Shown in pieces: positions 19,029 through 28,624 of a stretch of DNA of 64,000 nucleotides. The position numbers and the translations under genes were made by a program. Every line of letters begins with the position of its first letter. Position 1 is the first letter of the stretch. The notes under the pieces were generated by a model, which searched no databases, was not told where the DNA came from, and saw nothing but the letters and a program-made list of their open reading frames with translations. The DNA is from an uncultured delta proteobacterium (lineage in GTDB: Bacteria; Myxococcota_A; Polyangia; Polyangiales; Houyiibacteriaceae): contig CAVOVB010000001.1 of NCBI GenBank assembly GCA_963699755.1, positions 864,001 through 928,000 on the forward strand, in the 5' to 3' direction.

Positions 19029-19939
19029 GCCGACCCCAAGCCTCCCATCATGAAGCGAACGACGACAGGGCCGAGCAGAAGGACGATGACGCACATGAAG
19101 ATCAAGGTCATTGGCCCGAGGAGCATGAGCGCTGCTTCAGATGCTGTTTCTTCGGCAGCGATGCTGCGCCGCAGACGCTGGGTCTGTGCCTGTATGGTCA
19201 AGACGCTGGCGAGCGGGCTTCCCTTTTCCTCGGCTTGAACGACGCTATTGACGAACTCGCGAACCTGGTCGGTCGGAACGCGCGCAGCGAACGCTTCCAT
19301 CGCGCTTCTTCGAGTATGGCCGAGGTCTAGCTCCCGCAGGACTCTGGCGAACTCTTCGATCACGGGGTCACTGGGATCCGACGCGCTATCAACGATGCGG
19401 CGCAGTGAACCCGGAAAGTCCAGACCCGCGCTCATGCACATGGACGCGAGCTCGACGGCCCCCGGAAGCCCCCTACCGACAGCCCGCGCTCGAGCTTTGG
19501 CGACGCCCACCACGTGAAACCAGGGCAGCGCGGCCCCGATACCTAGAGCTCCAAGCGCGAGCAGCCGAGGTATCTCCACGCGCTGGCATGAAACCAGAGC
19601 AACCGCTCCGAAGCCGAGCCCAGAGAGCACGCACAGGCCAATCAACTCGTCCTCGGAGAGGCCCAAGTAGTCGCCAGCATGTGTCAAAGAGCGTCGCATT
19701 CGCTTTCGAAGCCGCTCCGCGCAAAGGAGCGCGACCCATGCGGCGAGCAGGCGGACCATCGGCTCGAGAGCAGCGAAAAGGGGGCCGTTGCGTAGGGCCT
19801 TGCTGCGATTGAGACCTCTGGCACCCAGCGTCGGCCGCTCCGCAGCCGGCATCTTCGCAAGCTGCAGCGCCAGCCCAGAGGTTCCTCCGACGATCGCGAC
19901 GAAGAGTACCGCGAGCATGATGTCGAGCTGAACGATCAT
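19025..19939 (-). CDS. tadC: Tad inner-membrane platform protein TadC (T2SSF family)
   Basis: LPGAVELASMCMSAGL, ELDLGHTRRSAM, QAEEKGSPLASVL, RLRRSIAAEE. Confidence 0.85.
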   Translation of the reverse strand: MIVQLDIMLAVLFVAIVGGTSGLALQLAKMPAAERPTLGARGLNRSKALRNGPLFAALEPMVRLLAAWVALLCAERLRKRMRRSLTHAGDYLGLSEDELIGLCVLSGLGFGAVALVSCQRVEIPRLLALGALGIGAALPWFHVVGVAKARARAVGRGLPGAVELASMCMSAGLDFPGSLRRIVDSASDPSDPVIEEFARVLRELDLGHTRRSAMEAFAARVPTDQVREFVNSVVQAEEKGSPLASVLTIQAQTQRLRRSIAAEETASEAALMLLGPMTLIFMCVIVLLLGPVVVRFMMGGLGSA

Positions 19940-20796
19940 AGGTCGGCCTTTGCGATGTGATGAGCCCAGACCGTTGCAAACGTCCAGACTAGGGCGCAGG
20001 CGCCAAGAATGGACTGTCCGATCCGCTGGTTCAGCATAGGATCGAACCACGAGCGATCGAGCCAAGCGATCATGATGCAAAGAAGAAAGGGTACGGATGC
20101 CAAGACCAGAACCTGTCCTCTACCTTCGGCAGTCTTGGTTCTGAGCACGCCGTCTAGCCTCGTCGCTTCGCGCAGAGCGGCTGAGGCATGCTCCAAGGTC
20201 CGGGGCAGATCGCCGCCGGTTTGTCTGGCAACGACAATCGTCGCGAACGCCCCCGCGATCACCGTGCTGTTGATTCTGCTTGCCGCCGCTCGAATCGCTC
20301 GGTCCAAGGGTGCGCCGAGGCGAATCTCTTTGACCAGTAGGTCGACCTCTTCGCTGAATGGCTTCGGAACCAACTTGACCGTGGAGGCGATGGCCTCTCC
20401 GACCGACGAAGTTGCTTTGAGCGCATTGGCCAGCATCAGCAGCCAGGAGTCGAGCTGACGTTCGAGTTGAGCGACGCGCGCGACGTGTCGCTTCCATAAG
20501 ATGAATGGCGGTCCGCCGACCGTAGCGGCGGCGAGCAGAGCGACGACTGGCTGACGGCTCAGAGCAAGCAGGCCGGCAAAGGCCATGAATACGATGAGTT
20601 GAGCATGCGCGATCTGGGAACCTCGGTAGGGCATCAGCAGAAAGCTCGAGTGCCGCTCCAGTCGCGCGGTGTAACGTTGCCACTGACGTCGAAGGAGGTT
20701 TTCCTCCACCGATATGAGGAGATACCCGCTGGTCGCGCATCCGACCAGGAGGAGCGCTCCGGAGAGCAGAAGAAGCGGCAGGGCCTCGAACCTCAC
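19936..20796 (-). CDS. tadB: Tad inner-membrane platform protein TadB (T2SSF family)
   Basis: QLDSWLLMLANALKA, EIRLGAPLDRA, QTGGDLPRTLE, TAEGRGQ. Confidence 0.88.
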   Translation of the reverse strand: MRFEALPLLLLSGALLLVGCATSGYLLISVEENLLRRQWQRYTARLERHSSFLLMPYRGSQIAHAQLIVFMAFAGLLALSRQPVVALLAAATVGGPPFILWKRHVARVAQLERQLDSWLLMLANALKATSSVGEAIASTVKLVPKPFSEEVDLLVKEIRLGAPLDRAIRAAASRINSTVIAGAFATIVVARQTGGDLPRTLEHASAALREATRLDGVLRTKTAEGRGQVLVLASVPFLLCIMIAWLDRSWFDPMLNQRIGQSILGACALVWTFATVWAHHIAKADL

Positions 20797-22370
20797 AAGA
20801 ACTCTCCACCGTGGATGAGCCCCTGCGTGATGAATTCGTCGAGAAAGCTCGGGACATAGCCGGTGGTCCGGTGCTCACCCAGAACTTCGCCCGAAGCGCC
20901 CGTGCCCGTTCGATGGAAGGCGAAGATGTCGTGGAGGACGAGATCGCCTTCCTCCCCGAGCTGTCCGACTTCGGTGACGGAAGTTATGCGACGGGAGCCG
21001 TCCGAGAATCGTGTTTGTTGAACGACGACGTGAAGGCTTCCGGCGACTTGCTCGCGGATGGTCGTCGGCGACAGATCCAGGCCTGCCATCATGCACAGTG
21101 TCTCGATGCGCTTGAGCGCTTCCCCGGCGCTGTTCGCATGAGTCGTCGTCATAGAACCCTCGTGACCGGTGTTCATTGCCTGCAACATGTCGATTGCTTC
21201 GCCGGCACGGCACTCTCCAACGATGATGCGGTCCGGTCGCATTCGAAGCGCGTTCTTCACGAGGTCCCGAATGCTATACTCGCCGCCCCCTTGGAGGTTC
21301 CGAGGCTTGGACTCGAGTGACACGACATGAGGTTGATCGAGGCGCAGCTCCGCAGCGTCTTCGATGGTGACGATTCGCTCTCCTGGCGGGATTTCGGTGG
21401 AGAGGACGTTCAGCAAGGTCGTCTTCCCGCTGCCGGTCCCGCCCGAGATTAGCAAGTTCTTCTTGGCGCGAACGCAACGCTTCAGGAACCTCGCCATGGC
21501 TACGCTCAGGCTACCAAGCGCAACGAGCTCGTCCATCTGCAGTGGGCGCTTTGCAAATTTCCGGATCGTGATGCAAGGCCCCCGGACCGCGAGCGGGGGG
21601 ATGATGGCATTTACCCGGGAGCCGTCATCGAGGCGTGCGTCGACCAAGGGCGTGCTCTCGTCGATTCGCCGGCCCAGGGGCGTCACGATTCGTTCGATCG
21701 CTGCACGACACGATTCATCGTCGGTGAAACGCAGCGACGTGAGGCGGATTTTGCCCCCTCGTTCGACGTAGATCGTGTTCGGATCGACGACCATGATTTC
21801 GGAGACCGAGTCGTCGTCCAGCAGCTCTTGAAGCGGCCCGAGCCCAAGCGCTTCGTCCGTCATCTCGGCGACGAGCTTTGCAGGGTCTGTGGCAGGCGAG
21901 AGCTCGGAAGCAAAGTCGGCCACGATCTGCTGCAGAGCTTCGACGACTCGGGGCCTCAGGACCTGGGCATCCATGTCGGCGGCCTCGAGAGAGGCTAAAT
22001 CGAGGTGGTCGAGGAGCGCTCGGTGAATGCGGCGCCTCAGCTCCGGGGACGCAGGAGCTTCGTTCCCAGCAAGAGCGGAGATCCGAAGGATGTATGGGCC
22101 AACGCGAAGCTCCCCTCCGGACGCTAGCGGTGTTTCCGATGTACAAAGTCGCTCGCCTTCGAGGATCGTACCGTTGGACGATTGATCGAGGACGCGGGTG
22201 CCTCCGGGCCCCTGCTCCACCCTTAGGTGGATTCGGCTCACTGCGGGGGACGGAAGGACCACGTGACAACCAGGGTCGCGGCCGACGAGGAGTGAGCTCG
22301 TGTCGGCAATGCTCAGCTCTTTCCGAGAGCCGTCGGGCATGAGAACAGACACCCCGAACCCGGAGCTCAT
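20793..22370 (-). CDS. tadA: CpaF/TadA pilus ATPase with N-terminal FHA domain
   Basis: FHA motifs VGRDP, VSRIH, SNGT; GLGPLQELL, Walker A GGTGSGKTT, IEDAAEL, LRMRPDRIIVGECR, GHEGSMTTTHANS. Confidence 0.93.
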   Translation of the reverse strand: MSSGFGVSVLMPDGSRKELSIADTSSLLVGRDPGCHVVLPSPAVSRIHLRVEQGPGGTRVLDQSSNGTILEGERLCTSETPLASGGELRVGPYILRISALAGNEAPASPELRRRIHRALLDHLDLASLEAADMDAQVLRPRVVEALQQIVADFASELSPATDPAKLVAEMTDEALGLGPLQELLDDDSVSEIMVVDPNTIYVERGGKIRLTSLRFTDDESCRAAIERIVTPLGRRIDESTPLVDARLDDGSRVNAIIPPLAVRGPCITIRKFAKRPLQMDELVALGSLSVAMARFLKRCVRAKKNLLISGGTGSGKTTLLNVLSTEIPPGERIVTIEDAAELRLDQPHVVSLESKPRNLQGGGEYSIRDLVKNALRMRPDRIIVGECRAGEAIDMLQAMNTGHEGSMTTTHANSAGEALKRIETLCMMAGLDLSPTTIREQVAGSLHVVVQQTRFSDGSRRITSVTEVGQLGEEGDLVLHDIFAFHRTGTGASGEVLGEHRTTGYVPSFLDEFITQGLIHGGEFL

Positions 22371-23518
22371 CGAACGCGCTCCTTCGCACCGGTCGTGACG
22401 ACGTCGCGACCAACGCGCGGTTGGTCCATCAGGTGCTGATCGTCGACGCCACCTTGGAAGCTCTCGTACACGCGTAGCGCTTCTTCGACGCGGTCCCTTT
22501 GACTCAAGCTCACCGGCTCGACGACCGAAGGCACGACCAACATATATGATTCGTTGTCCTCCGTCTCACGAGAATGCGTTCCGAAGAGCGCGCCAATGAA
22601 CGGAACGAGCGCAAGCCCAGGGATTCCGTCCTTCCTACGGCGTTCGGTGCGTGCTCGAATTCCGGCCAAAGAGACCGACTGACCGAGCTCCAGGTTGACC
22701 AAAGTCTCCACGTGCGAAGTGATTCGACCGGGGATTCCCCGCGCCCCCTTTTCGGCGTCGAGATCGGACACATCCGCAACGATCTCGAGCTCGATGCGGC
22801 CGGTCCTCGGATCGTACTTGGGAAGGACGCTCACCTTCGTGCCGAACTCGATCGCCTGCACGTTCACCGTCAGATTGTTCTGGACCTGAACGTTGAACTC
22901 GCCCCCAGAGGTGAAGACGGCTTCGGCACCGTTTGCGGTGACCAAAGTCGCCTGCCGATACATCTTGGCCCAGCCCTTGGCCTGGGCGAGGTCGAAGCTG
23001 GGCAAGAACGTCTGGGGAAGGATTTGAAATGCGCTCTGCGTGGCTTGCCCGCTCCCACCCGTGATGGCGATAGCCGCTTCGGACGGTCCGATCGTGCTTC
23101 CGATGTTCCCGGGCCAGTTGAGCCCGATCTGATGGCCGTACCGGTCCTGGATCAAGACGAAGTAGAGGTCCAAGCGGATGTTCTCTCTCCCTCCGAGCCC
23201 TTTGACGGCGTCCGCGGCAATCACGCGAATCGTGTATTGCATCTGACTCCCATCGTTCTTGATGAGAAGGAGGGATGTCGTCCCTTCTTCCTTTCCGACG
23301 ATCACGAAGCGACTCTGGTCGCGTGTCACGCGGATGTCTGCAAACCCGGGAGCGCCCTCCGAGTAGCTCTTGATTCCATGTGCTGACAAGCTCTTTTGCT
23401 CGCCAACTCGCAGGACAATCGAACTGGGGGCTTCCACATCGGCCGCAGCCCTCTCCGCGCGGGTCGCGCCGACGAGCATGAGTGCCACGAGCACCTGACC
23501 TTTCGACAGCTCTGGCAT
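22367..23518 (-). CDS. rcpA: Tad secretin RcpA/CpaC
   Basis: Signal peptide, pilus-N domain (GKEEGTTSLL), secretin core FTSGGEF..IEFGTKVSVLP, GIPGLALVPFIGALF. Confidence 0.85.
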   Translation of the reverse strand: MPELSKGQVLVALMLVGATRAERAAADVEAPSSIVLRVGEQKSLSAHGIKSYSEGAPGFADIRVTRDQSRFVIVGKEEGTTSLLLIKNDGSQMQYTIRVIAADAVKGLGGRENIRLDLYFVLIQDRYGHQIGLNWPGNIGSTIGPSEAAIAITGGSGQATQSAFQILPQTFLPSFDLAQAKGWAKMYRQATLVTANGAEAVFTSGGEFNVQVQNNLTVNVQAIEFGTKVSVLPKYDPRTGRIELEIVADVSDLDAEKGARGIPGRITSHVETLVNLELGQSVSLAGIRARTERRRKDGIPGLALVPFIGALFGTHSRETEDNESYMLVVPSVVEPVSLSQRDRVEEALRVYESFQGGVDDQHLMDQPRVGRDVVTTGAKERVR

Positions 23519-23519
23519 C

Positions 23520-24281
23520 CTAGTCGACCTTCTCGATCCGCAGTCGCCGTTGTCGGCGCGCCCGCTTTTCTTGCTCGAGCACGTCGGAGTCGTCGGTTTC
23601 CTCCAGCCCTTCGTGGATCTCTAGATCGTCCTCATTGCGCAAGATGAGACTCAAGGTACCGTCGCGCCCCGCCTGGGCGAGCAAGCCGGCTTGATCGATC
23701 GTGACGAGCAGTGTGACGGAATCGGATCGAAGTGCAGAGCTTTGCTGATCCGCGGCGCCGAAGCTGTCGCCTACGGCAAGAATGAGGACATTCTGCACTA
23801 ATGGAACCGTGACCACCCTAGCCTCTACGCCCGGCTTGGATTTGGTGAGCAAGACGTCCACCCGATCGCCAGGACGCATCAGCTCGCCGAATGAGCGTCT
23901 CCCGGGTCCCCTGACGCTCATTGCGCGCATCCCTTTTGGAATACGGCTCGACAGCGAGCTTCGATCGCGGGGCGTCGTGGCAAGGTCGGTCCACAAGAGG
24001 GTCTGATTCGCTTCGAGGGCAATCGATGAGCGGACGCCCAAGACTCTTGGAAGCTCGGTCGCCAGCACCTGCCGTTCTTCGACGTAACTCTCGGGCAACG
24101 TGCGTACCAGCAACATCTCCTCGGTGAGAGGCCGACCGGCCTCGACATCTTGCCTGGTCACGAGCAATGCAATCGGATCACCCCCAGTTGCCTCTCGCTG
24201 AAACTGACGCACGTAGACGGCGAGGACGACGAAGCCGAATACGGCAATGGTCAACGATGTGATGATGGCGCTTCTGTTCAT
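23520..24281 (-). CDS. cpaB: Flp pilus assembly protein CpaB (RcpC)
   Basis: N-terminal TM, SAF-like region, IPKGMRAMSV, MRPGDRVDVLL, VQNVLILAVG, GTLSLILRN. Confidence 0.9.
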   Translation of the reverse strand: MNRSAIITSLTIAVFGFVVLAVYVRQFQREATGGDPIALLVTRQDVEAGRPLTEEMLLVRTLPESYVEERQVLATELPRVLGVRSSIALEANQTLLWTDLATTPRDRSSLSSRIPKGMRAMSVRGPGRRSFGELMRPGDRVDVLLTKSKPGVEARVVTVPLVQNVLILAVGDSFGAADQQSSALRSDSVTLLVTIDQAGLLAQAGRDGTLSLILRNEDDLEIHEGLEETDDSDVLEQEKRARRQRRLRIEKVD

Positions 24282-24297
24282 GGGTCTGTGCCTGCGG

Positions 24298-25179
24298 TCA
24301 CGACGGTTCAGAGGAGAGAATGGAGAGCAGGGTTTGTGAGGCTTCGCCGGGGTGGGAAAGAACTGTGACCATTCGATTTCCCTGCTCGGCGGAGACCATG
24401 TGAATCCCGTCGATCGAGATCGACTCGGAAGGACGCTGCTCGATGATCGTCCAGCCGTTCTTCGGGAGCTCGGTCCGATAGAACGACGCGAGCGCGGCTG
24501 CCGACTGGTCGGCCACGCGATACACGAAGACGCCGCTTGGTTGCCACGGTTCCCAGGCGGATAAGACACGCTGCGATCCGGGAGGACGCGGCACGCCCGC
24601 GAGGTCACTGCCCCCGCCGTCAGCACCGGCAACTGGTAGCATTTGCCGAAGGTTGAAGGCGGAGTCTGCCCAGACCGTCAGAACAAAGGTCTTGTCCTGC
24701 GCATCGTCCGACACGCGACGCGCGCGCACGTATCGAAGGGCGCCGAGCTGGGCCAAGTCGCCCGTCTCGGAGAACTGAAGTAGTCGATTGCTGAGTGAGC
24801 GAAGATCTCGACTTGCATCGCCCAGCTCGAGGCAAGCCACATAACCTGCTTCGTCGTTGTGCGCGGTCTGCATCGAAAGCCGCGCGATGAGCCCAGCATC
24901 TTCCCCGACGCAAAGGGATTCGTAGTGTGCGAGGACATCCTTCAGGGGCGCGTCGATCGTTTCGGTGCGAAAAGAAATGTAGACGCCGTTGAGTTGGAGA
25001 GACCGCGTGGCCTCCAGAGCTGCGCCGGGATACTTCATGACCTCGGTGCCGACGCCCCAAAGCAGTTCTGTCACGTCTGCGCGAACGGACCGGAGAACGA
25101 AGAGCGAAGCCAGGGCCGCGACGGCGGCGAGAAGCAGCCCCAGGCGAAGGAATGGCAGGAATCTATCGACAAACTTCAC
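24298..25179 (-). CDS. Hypothetical membrane-anchored protein (Tad locus)
   Basis: GTG after GGAG; N-terminal TM; PRPPGSQRVL..LASFYRTELPKNGW. Confidence 0.6.
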   Translation of the reverse strand: MKFVDRFLPFLRLGLLLAAVAALASLFVLRSVRADVTELLWGVGTEVMKYPGAALEATRSLQLNGVYISFRTETIDAPLKDVLAHYESLCVGEDAGLIARLSMQTAHNDEAGYVACLELGDASRDLRSLSNRLLQFSETGDLAQLGALRYVRARRVSDDAQDKTFVLTVWADSAFNLRQMLPVAGADGGGSDLAGVPRPPGSQRVLSAWEPWQPSGVFVYRVADQSAAALASFYRTELPKNGWTIIEQRPSESISIDGIHMVSAEQGNRMVTVLSHPGEASQTLLSILSSEPS

Positions 25180-25696
25180 GTGCGTACTCCGTCGTTTGCA
25201 GTCCCGTGCGGCAGGCTTGCTCAAGAACGTTGCCCCCGCCCTCGGAGTCCCTCGAGCTGGTGTTGCAAAGCAAGGTCGTCACTCCGTGCTGGGACCCCAA
25301 CTGCGCGCCCAGCAGGCGAGGCATCCGCGCTTGAGCCATGCCGACTCCATGGGTCACCTTCCCAACGAGGAAGCGACCGACGTTCCCAAGGAAGGAGTCC
25401 AGGGAGAAGCGACTGTCCCGCACCCTGAGCAGGGCATCGAGACCGCCAGCGCGAATGTCGCCTTGGATACGCCCACAGTCTCCGCTGCGGCAGCTCTGCG
25501 CGGGACACTGGCCCGAGTCGGCTTGCAACCATGCGATTCGCCGAGCGCGAGCTTTGGCCTCTAGCTTCGCGCCGTACATTCCATGGAGAGCGACGACGGC
25601 CGCCAGCGCTGCAAAGAATACGGGAAGGCTGATCAGCGCTTCGACCATTGCCGTTCCTTCTTCGTGTCGGACTAGTCGTTTGAAGCGCTGATCCAT
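25163..25696 (-). CDS. TadE-like pseudopilin
   Basis: Prepilin site HEEG|TAMVE then hydrophobic helix and ARARRIAW; several Cys. Confidence 0.75.
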   Translation of the reverse strand: MDQRFKRLVRHEEGTAMVEALISLPVFFAALAAVVALHGMYGAKLEAKARARRIAWLQADSGQCPAQSCRSGDCGRIQGDIRAGGLDALLRVRDSRFSLDSFLGNVGRFLVGKVTHGVGMAQARMPRLLGAQLGSQHGVTTLLCNTSSRDSEGGGNVLEQACRTGLQTTEYAREVCR

Positions 25697-25703
25697 GCTG
25701 TGC

Positions 25704-26912
25704 TCAGTGCGCGGAAATCGCGTTGATCGAGAAGTCTCGTGCGACATCACAGAGCCCTGCGAGCCCTGCAAGCGGGCCTCTCCCTCGCCCTGCCGAGCAT
25801 GCGCTGAGGATTCCGCTCGGAATCCAGTCGCGGGAAATACGGAACCTGCGAAGGCGTGCGCGCCAACGCTGCTTCCATAGCCATTCCGCCTTGTGCTCGG
25901 TACCATCGAAGTAGTACTCGGCCTGCGCGAAGGCGAGACGCCCAAGGAGGTGGGCTTTGTGCGCAGCACTACGCCCGTCCTCCTTGCCGCCCTGCGCGAT
26001 GCGAATCCCCCCCTCCCCGTGCTGCCAATGGTTCTCGTGCGGGTCCCGGCCGATACTGTACGCGCGGTATTGAAACTCCTCGTGCCCGAGCCAAACGACG
26101 GTGCCATCGCGGCGGCTTTGGAGGACGCGACGCGGGGGCTCGACGACGTCGTCGGCGCATGTCCTCCGTTTACCGAGCCGAAGGGCCTGGCCGACTGCGC
26201 CGCCGAGGAGCTCGAGAAGCCACTTGGGCACCTTGGAGCTCACATTGCTCAAGCGGTTGCTCAGGCCGTCGGCGACGCGGTCGCAGAGGGTTCCGATCTC
26301 GTCCTCCTCGACGGGCAGTCCCCGACCGCCTTTGGGGAGACGGGAGCCCAGAAGAGGGACGACGAAACCACCGGCGACGGGGGGATCATACGCGTCCTGA
26401 AACGCCATCGCATCGACTGCACGAGCCTCGGCAAGCAATGGGTACCCCCGCTGAACGGCGTGGTGCGCTGCGTCTAGGGCGTCGTGGGCGATTCGGACGA
26501 ACTGCTCGACGGCGTCGCCGAGCCTTTCGACCGTGCTCTCGACGGGGCTGAGGAGAGCAATGAGCGCCGCGGCCTTCGCGGCGAGGATGACGGTCCCGGC
26601 TAACCCGTAGAGAACTCCGATGATGATCTCCAGCAGCACTTCGACGCTCCGAATCACCAGAAGAATCCCTGTGGTAACCGCCATCACCACGTTGAGGAGC
26701 GCGTGCAGGTTCATCCCCTTGGCGCCCATGACCGAGGCGGCATGCGCTCCCGCATCGGCGCCGTCCTGCATGATGCGCCGATAGATCACCGCATCGCCGA
26801 CGCCCAGGAGGTAGTAGAGCGCTCCAATCAGGAGCAGGGCCATGAAGAGGGACATGAGCATCATGGCTCCGCGCGTCTCTTCGACTAGGCTTGTTCTCTT
26901 CGAGGCCATCAT
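25704..26912 (-). CDS. TadG-like large minor pilin
   Basis: ETRG|AMMLM (no Glu+5), RRIMQDGADAGAHAAS..AKGMN Tad-N motif. Confidence 0.75.
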   Translation of the reverse strand: MMASKRTSLVEETRGAMMLMSLFMALLLIGALYYLLGVGDAVIYRRIMQDGADAGAHAASVMGAKGMNLHALLNVVMAVTTGILLVIRSVEVLLEIIIGVLYGLAGTVILAAKAAALIALLSPVESTVERLGDAVEQFVRIAHDALDAAHHAVQRGYPLLAEARAVDAMAFQDAYDPPVAGGFVVPLLGSRLPKGGRGLPVEEDEIGTLCDRVADGLSNRLSNVSSKVPKWLLELLGGAVGQALRLGKRRTCADDVVEPPRRVLQSRRDGTVVWLGHEEFQYRAYSIGRDPHENHWQHGEGGIRIAQGGKEDGRSAAHKAHLLGRLAFAQAEYYFDGTEHKAEWLWKQRWRARLRRFRISRDWIPSGILSACSAGRGRGPLAGLAGLCDVARDFSINAISAH

Positions 26913-27700
26913 GAGCCCCTCGGTCGGTACTCGTAAGACGCGTCATGGATCATCAACGTCGTTTGATGCTGGAGGCCTCGGAAGCGCCCGCCGACGAAGC
27001 CCTGCGCCGGAGGGAAGAACGCTTCGCCGAGGTCTTCCTTGCCGTGGATGTCCGCGAATGCCCGACATAGGATCCTTCGCGCGAGCGGCACCGTGCACTG
27101 ATAGGCGTACGTCACACGGACGGTGATCTCTGAACCCGTGGCAAGATCGTCCTCGAGGCCGGGAAAGGTCACTGCGAGAGCGAACGGTTGATAGTAGAGC
27201 GCGCTGAGGAGCTTGCGCTCGCTTCCAATCGCCTTGCCGATGCTCGGACTTGCGTCGCGACCCACATTGGTGGGGGCCAAGGGCATGAGCGGAATGTGTG
27301 CGGCGAGGCGAATCGTGTTGAGGCGTGACCTACCGAGGTTCAGGAGCTTGTCTTCTGAAAATGCCGTCAGGACCGCTTTGGGGTCCGGAGGCTCGCCCAT
27401 GGCCGACGCGACCTGGCCCAACGCCCGCTGTAGGTCGGACAGAGCGACCGGGTTGCGGTCGACGCTCATCTCGGGTTCGCCGCCGTACTCGTTTGGGTCG
27501 TCCGGCAAGACGACGACCGCGGACCGAGCGGCCGAGTCAGCGGAGTGCTTCACCATCAGATTTGCGTGTGCGATGAAGGCGAGCTGAAGCACGCATAAGA
27601 AGAACGTCCACATCGGAATGAACGCGATCAGAAGCTCGAGAAAGACCACGCCACGCTTGTCCGCGAGCAGTGAAAGAGGAGCCGAGATCAGAGTGGTCAC
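26909..27700 (-). CDS. TadE-like pseudopilin
   Basis: DKRG|VVFLE, HSADSAARSAVV, ITVRVTYAYQC; GTG overlaps peptidase stop. Confidence 0.8.
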   Translation of the reverse strand: MTTLISAPLSLLADKRGVVFLELLIAFIPMWTFFLCVLQLAFIAHANLMVKHSADSAARSAVVVLPDDPNEYGGEPEMSVDRNPVALSDLQRALGQVASAMGEPPDPKAVLTAFSEDKLLNLGRSRLNTIRLAAHIPLMPLAPTNVGRDASPSIGKAIGSERKLLSALYYQPFALAVTFPGLEDDLATGSEITVRVTYAYQCTVPLARRILCRAFADIHGKEDLGEAFFPPAQGFVGGRFRGLQHQTTLMIHDASYEYRPRGS

Positions 27701-28242
27701 AGCGCAGCCCAGGCCAAAGAGAGATGCGGAATCGCAATGAAGCCTGTCGCGACGAAGACCGGCGCACCCATACGAATGGGCGCGGACAGCTCGGCGCATG
27801 GCTCCCGACGCCAGCCGGCTGGAAGGACAGGGCGAAGACCCACGACCAACGCATTCCCAAGCGTGGCAAACAAGGCGCCCTTCCAGGCGAGCGCCGAGCT
27901 AGCGACCACCATGGCCACCAGGAAAGCCGCAAGTTGAACCTCGACCCCGAGCAGCAAATCAAAGCCCAGGACGGCGCCGAGCGCCCCGAGAAGCTTCACG
28001 TCGCCACCCCCCATCGCGCCCCGGCGAAACAAGAGGTACGGCACCAGCCCGGCCAAAAACGCGGCGGCGAGGCTGTGTAGCGCATACTCGATGCCAAAGG
28101 CGAGCCCATAGGCTAGTGGCGCCAAGAGCAGAGCGGGGAGCGTCAGCCAGTTGGGAATCTCGCCTCGCTGCCAATCAGAGAGCGCCGCGATAGCGGCAAC
28201 AAAGAGGGCAAGGCCCGCGGCGATGGTAGCGGCTGTGTTCAT
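27697..28242 (-). CDS. cpaA: Prepilin peptidase, A24 family (CpaA/TadV)
   Basis: AALSDWQRGEIPNWLT and MGGGDVKLLGALG catalytic Asp motifs; start MNTAA. Confidence 0.9.
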   Translation of the reverse strand: MNTAATIAAGLALFVAAIAALSDWQRGEIPNWLTLPALLLAPLAYGLAFGIEYALHSLAAAFLAGLVPYLLFRRGAMGGGDVKLLGALGAVLGFDLLLGVEVQLAAFLVAMVVASSALAWKGALFATLGNALVVGLRPVLPAGWRREPCAELSAPIRMGAPVFVATGFIAIPHLSLAWAAL

Positions 28243-28253
28243 GGGACTGCCGG

Positions 28254-28439
28254 CTACTGCACGACGTCGGCGATGTATCCATCGGCGGCTTCGACCTCGC
28301 CGATCAAAGTCTCTCCGAACTTCTGCCAGGCGGCAATGCCAACGACAGCGATCAAGCCGAGCACGATGATGTACTCGACCGTCGTCAAGCCCCGCTTGTC
28401 CGTTAGCAATGGTCCGCTTCTTTCTGCATTGTCGTTCAT
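28254..28439 (-). CDS. flp: Flp major pilin
   Basis: DKRG|LTTVEYIIVLGLIAVV Flp motif, 61 aa. Confidence 0.92.
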   Translation of the reverse strand: MNDNAERSGPLLTDKRGLTTVEYIIVLGLIAVVGIAAWQKFGETLIGEVEAADGYIADVVQ

Positions 28440-28454
28440 GATGGCCTTCCTCTC

Positions 28455-28624
28455 TCAGGGAACCGGTAAAAGGATGAAGAGCTTCGTCAGGTAAAACGCC
28501 TGCACGAGCGGCACGCCGAGGGCGTAGAGGGCCAGGCCCGCCGTTAGAACGACGATCCCTGTCACCAACGTGTACTCCGCGAACACCACGCCCGGTCATC
28601 GGTCGTGGGCGGCCGCGGTTGCGT
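28455..28624 (-). pseudogene. Second Flp-like pilin with disrupted leader (or sequence error)
   Basis: G|VVFAEYTLVTGIVVLTAGLALYALGVPLVQAFYLTKLFILLPVP*; one extra G at 28591-28593 restores DDRG|; ACG lies 6 nt after SD GAGGAG where ATG is expected. Confidence 0.65.
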
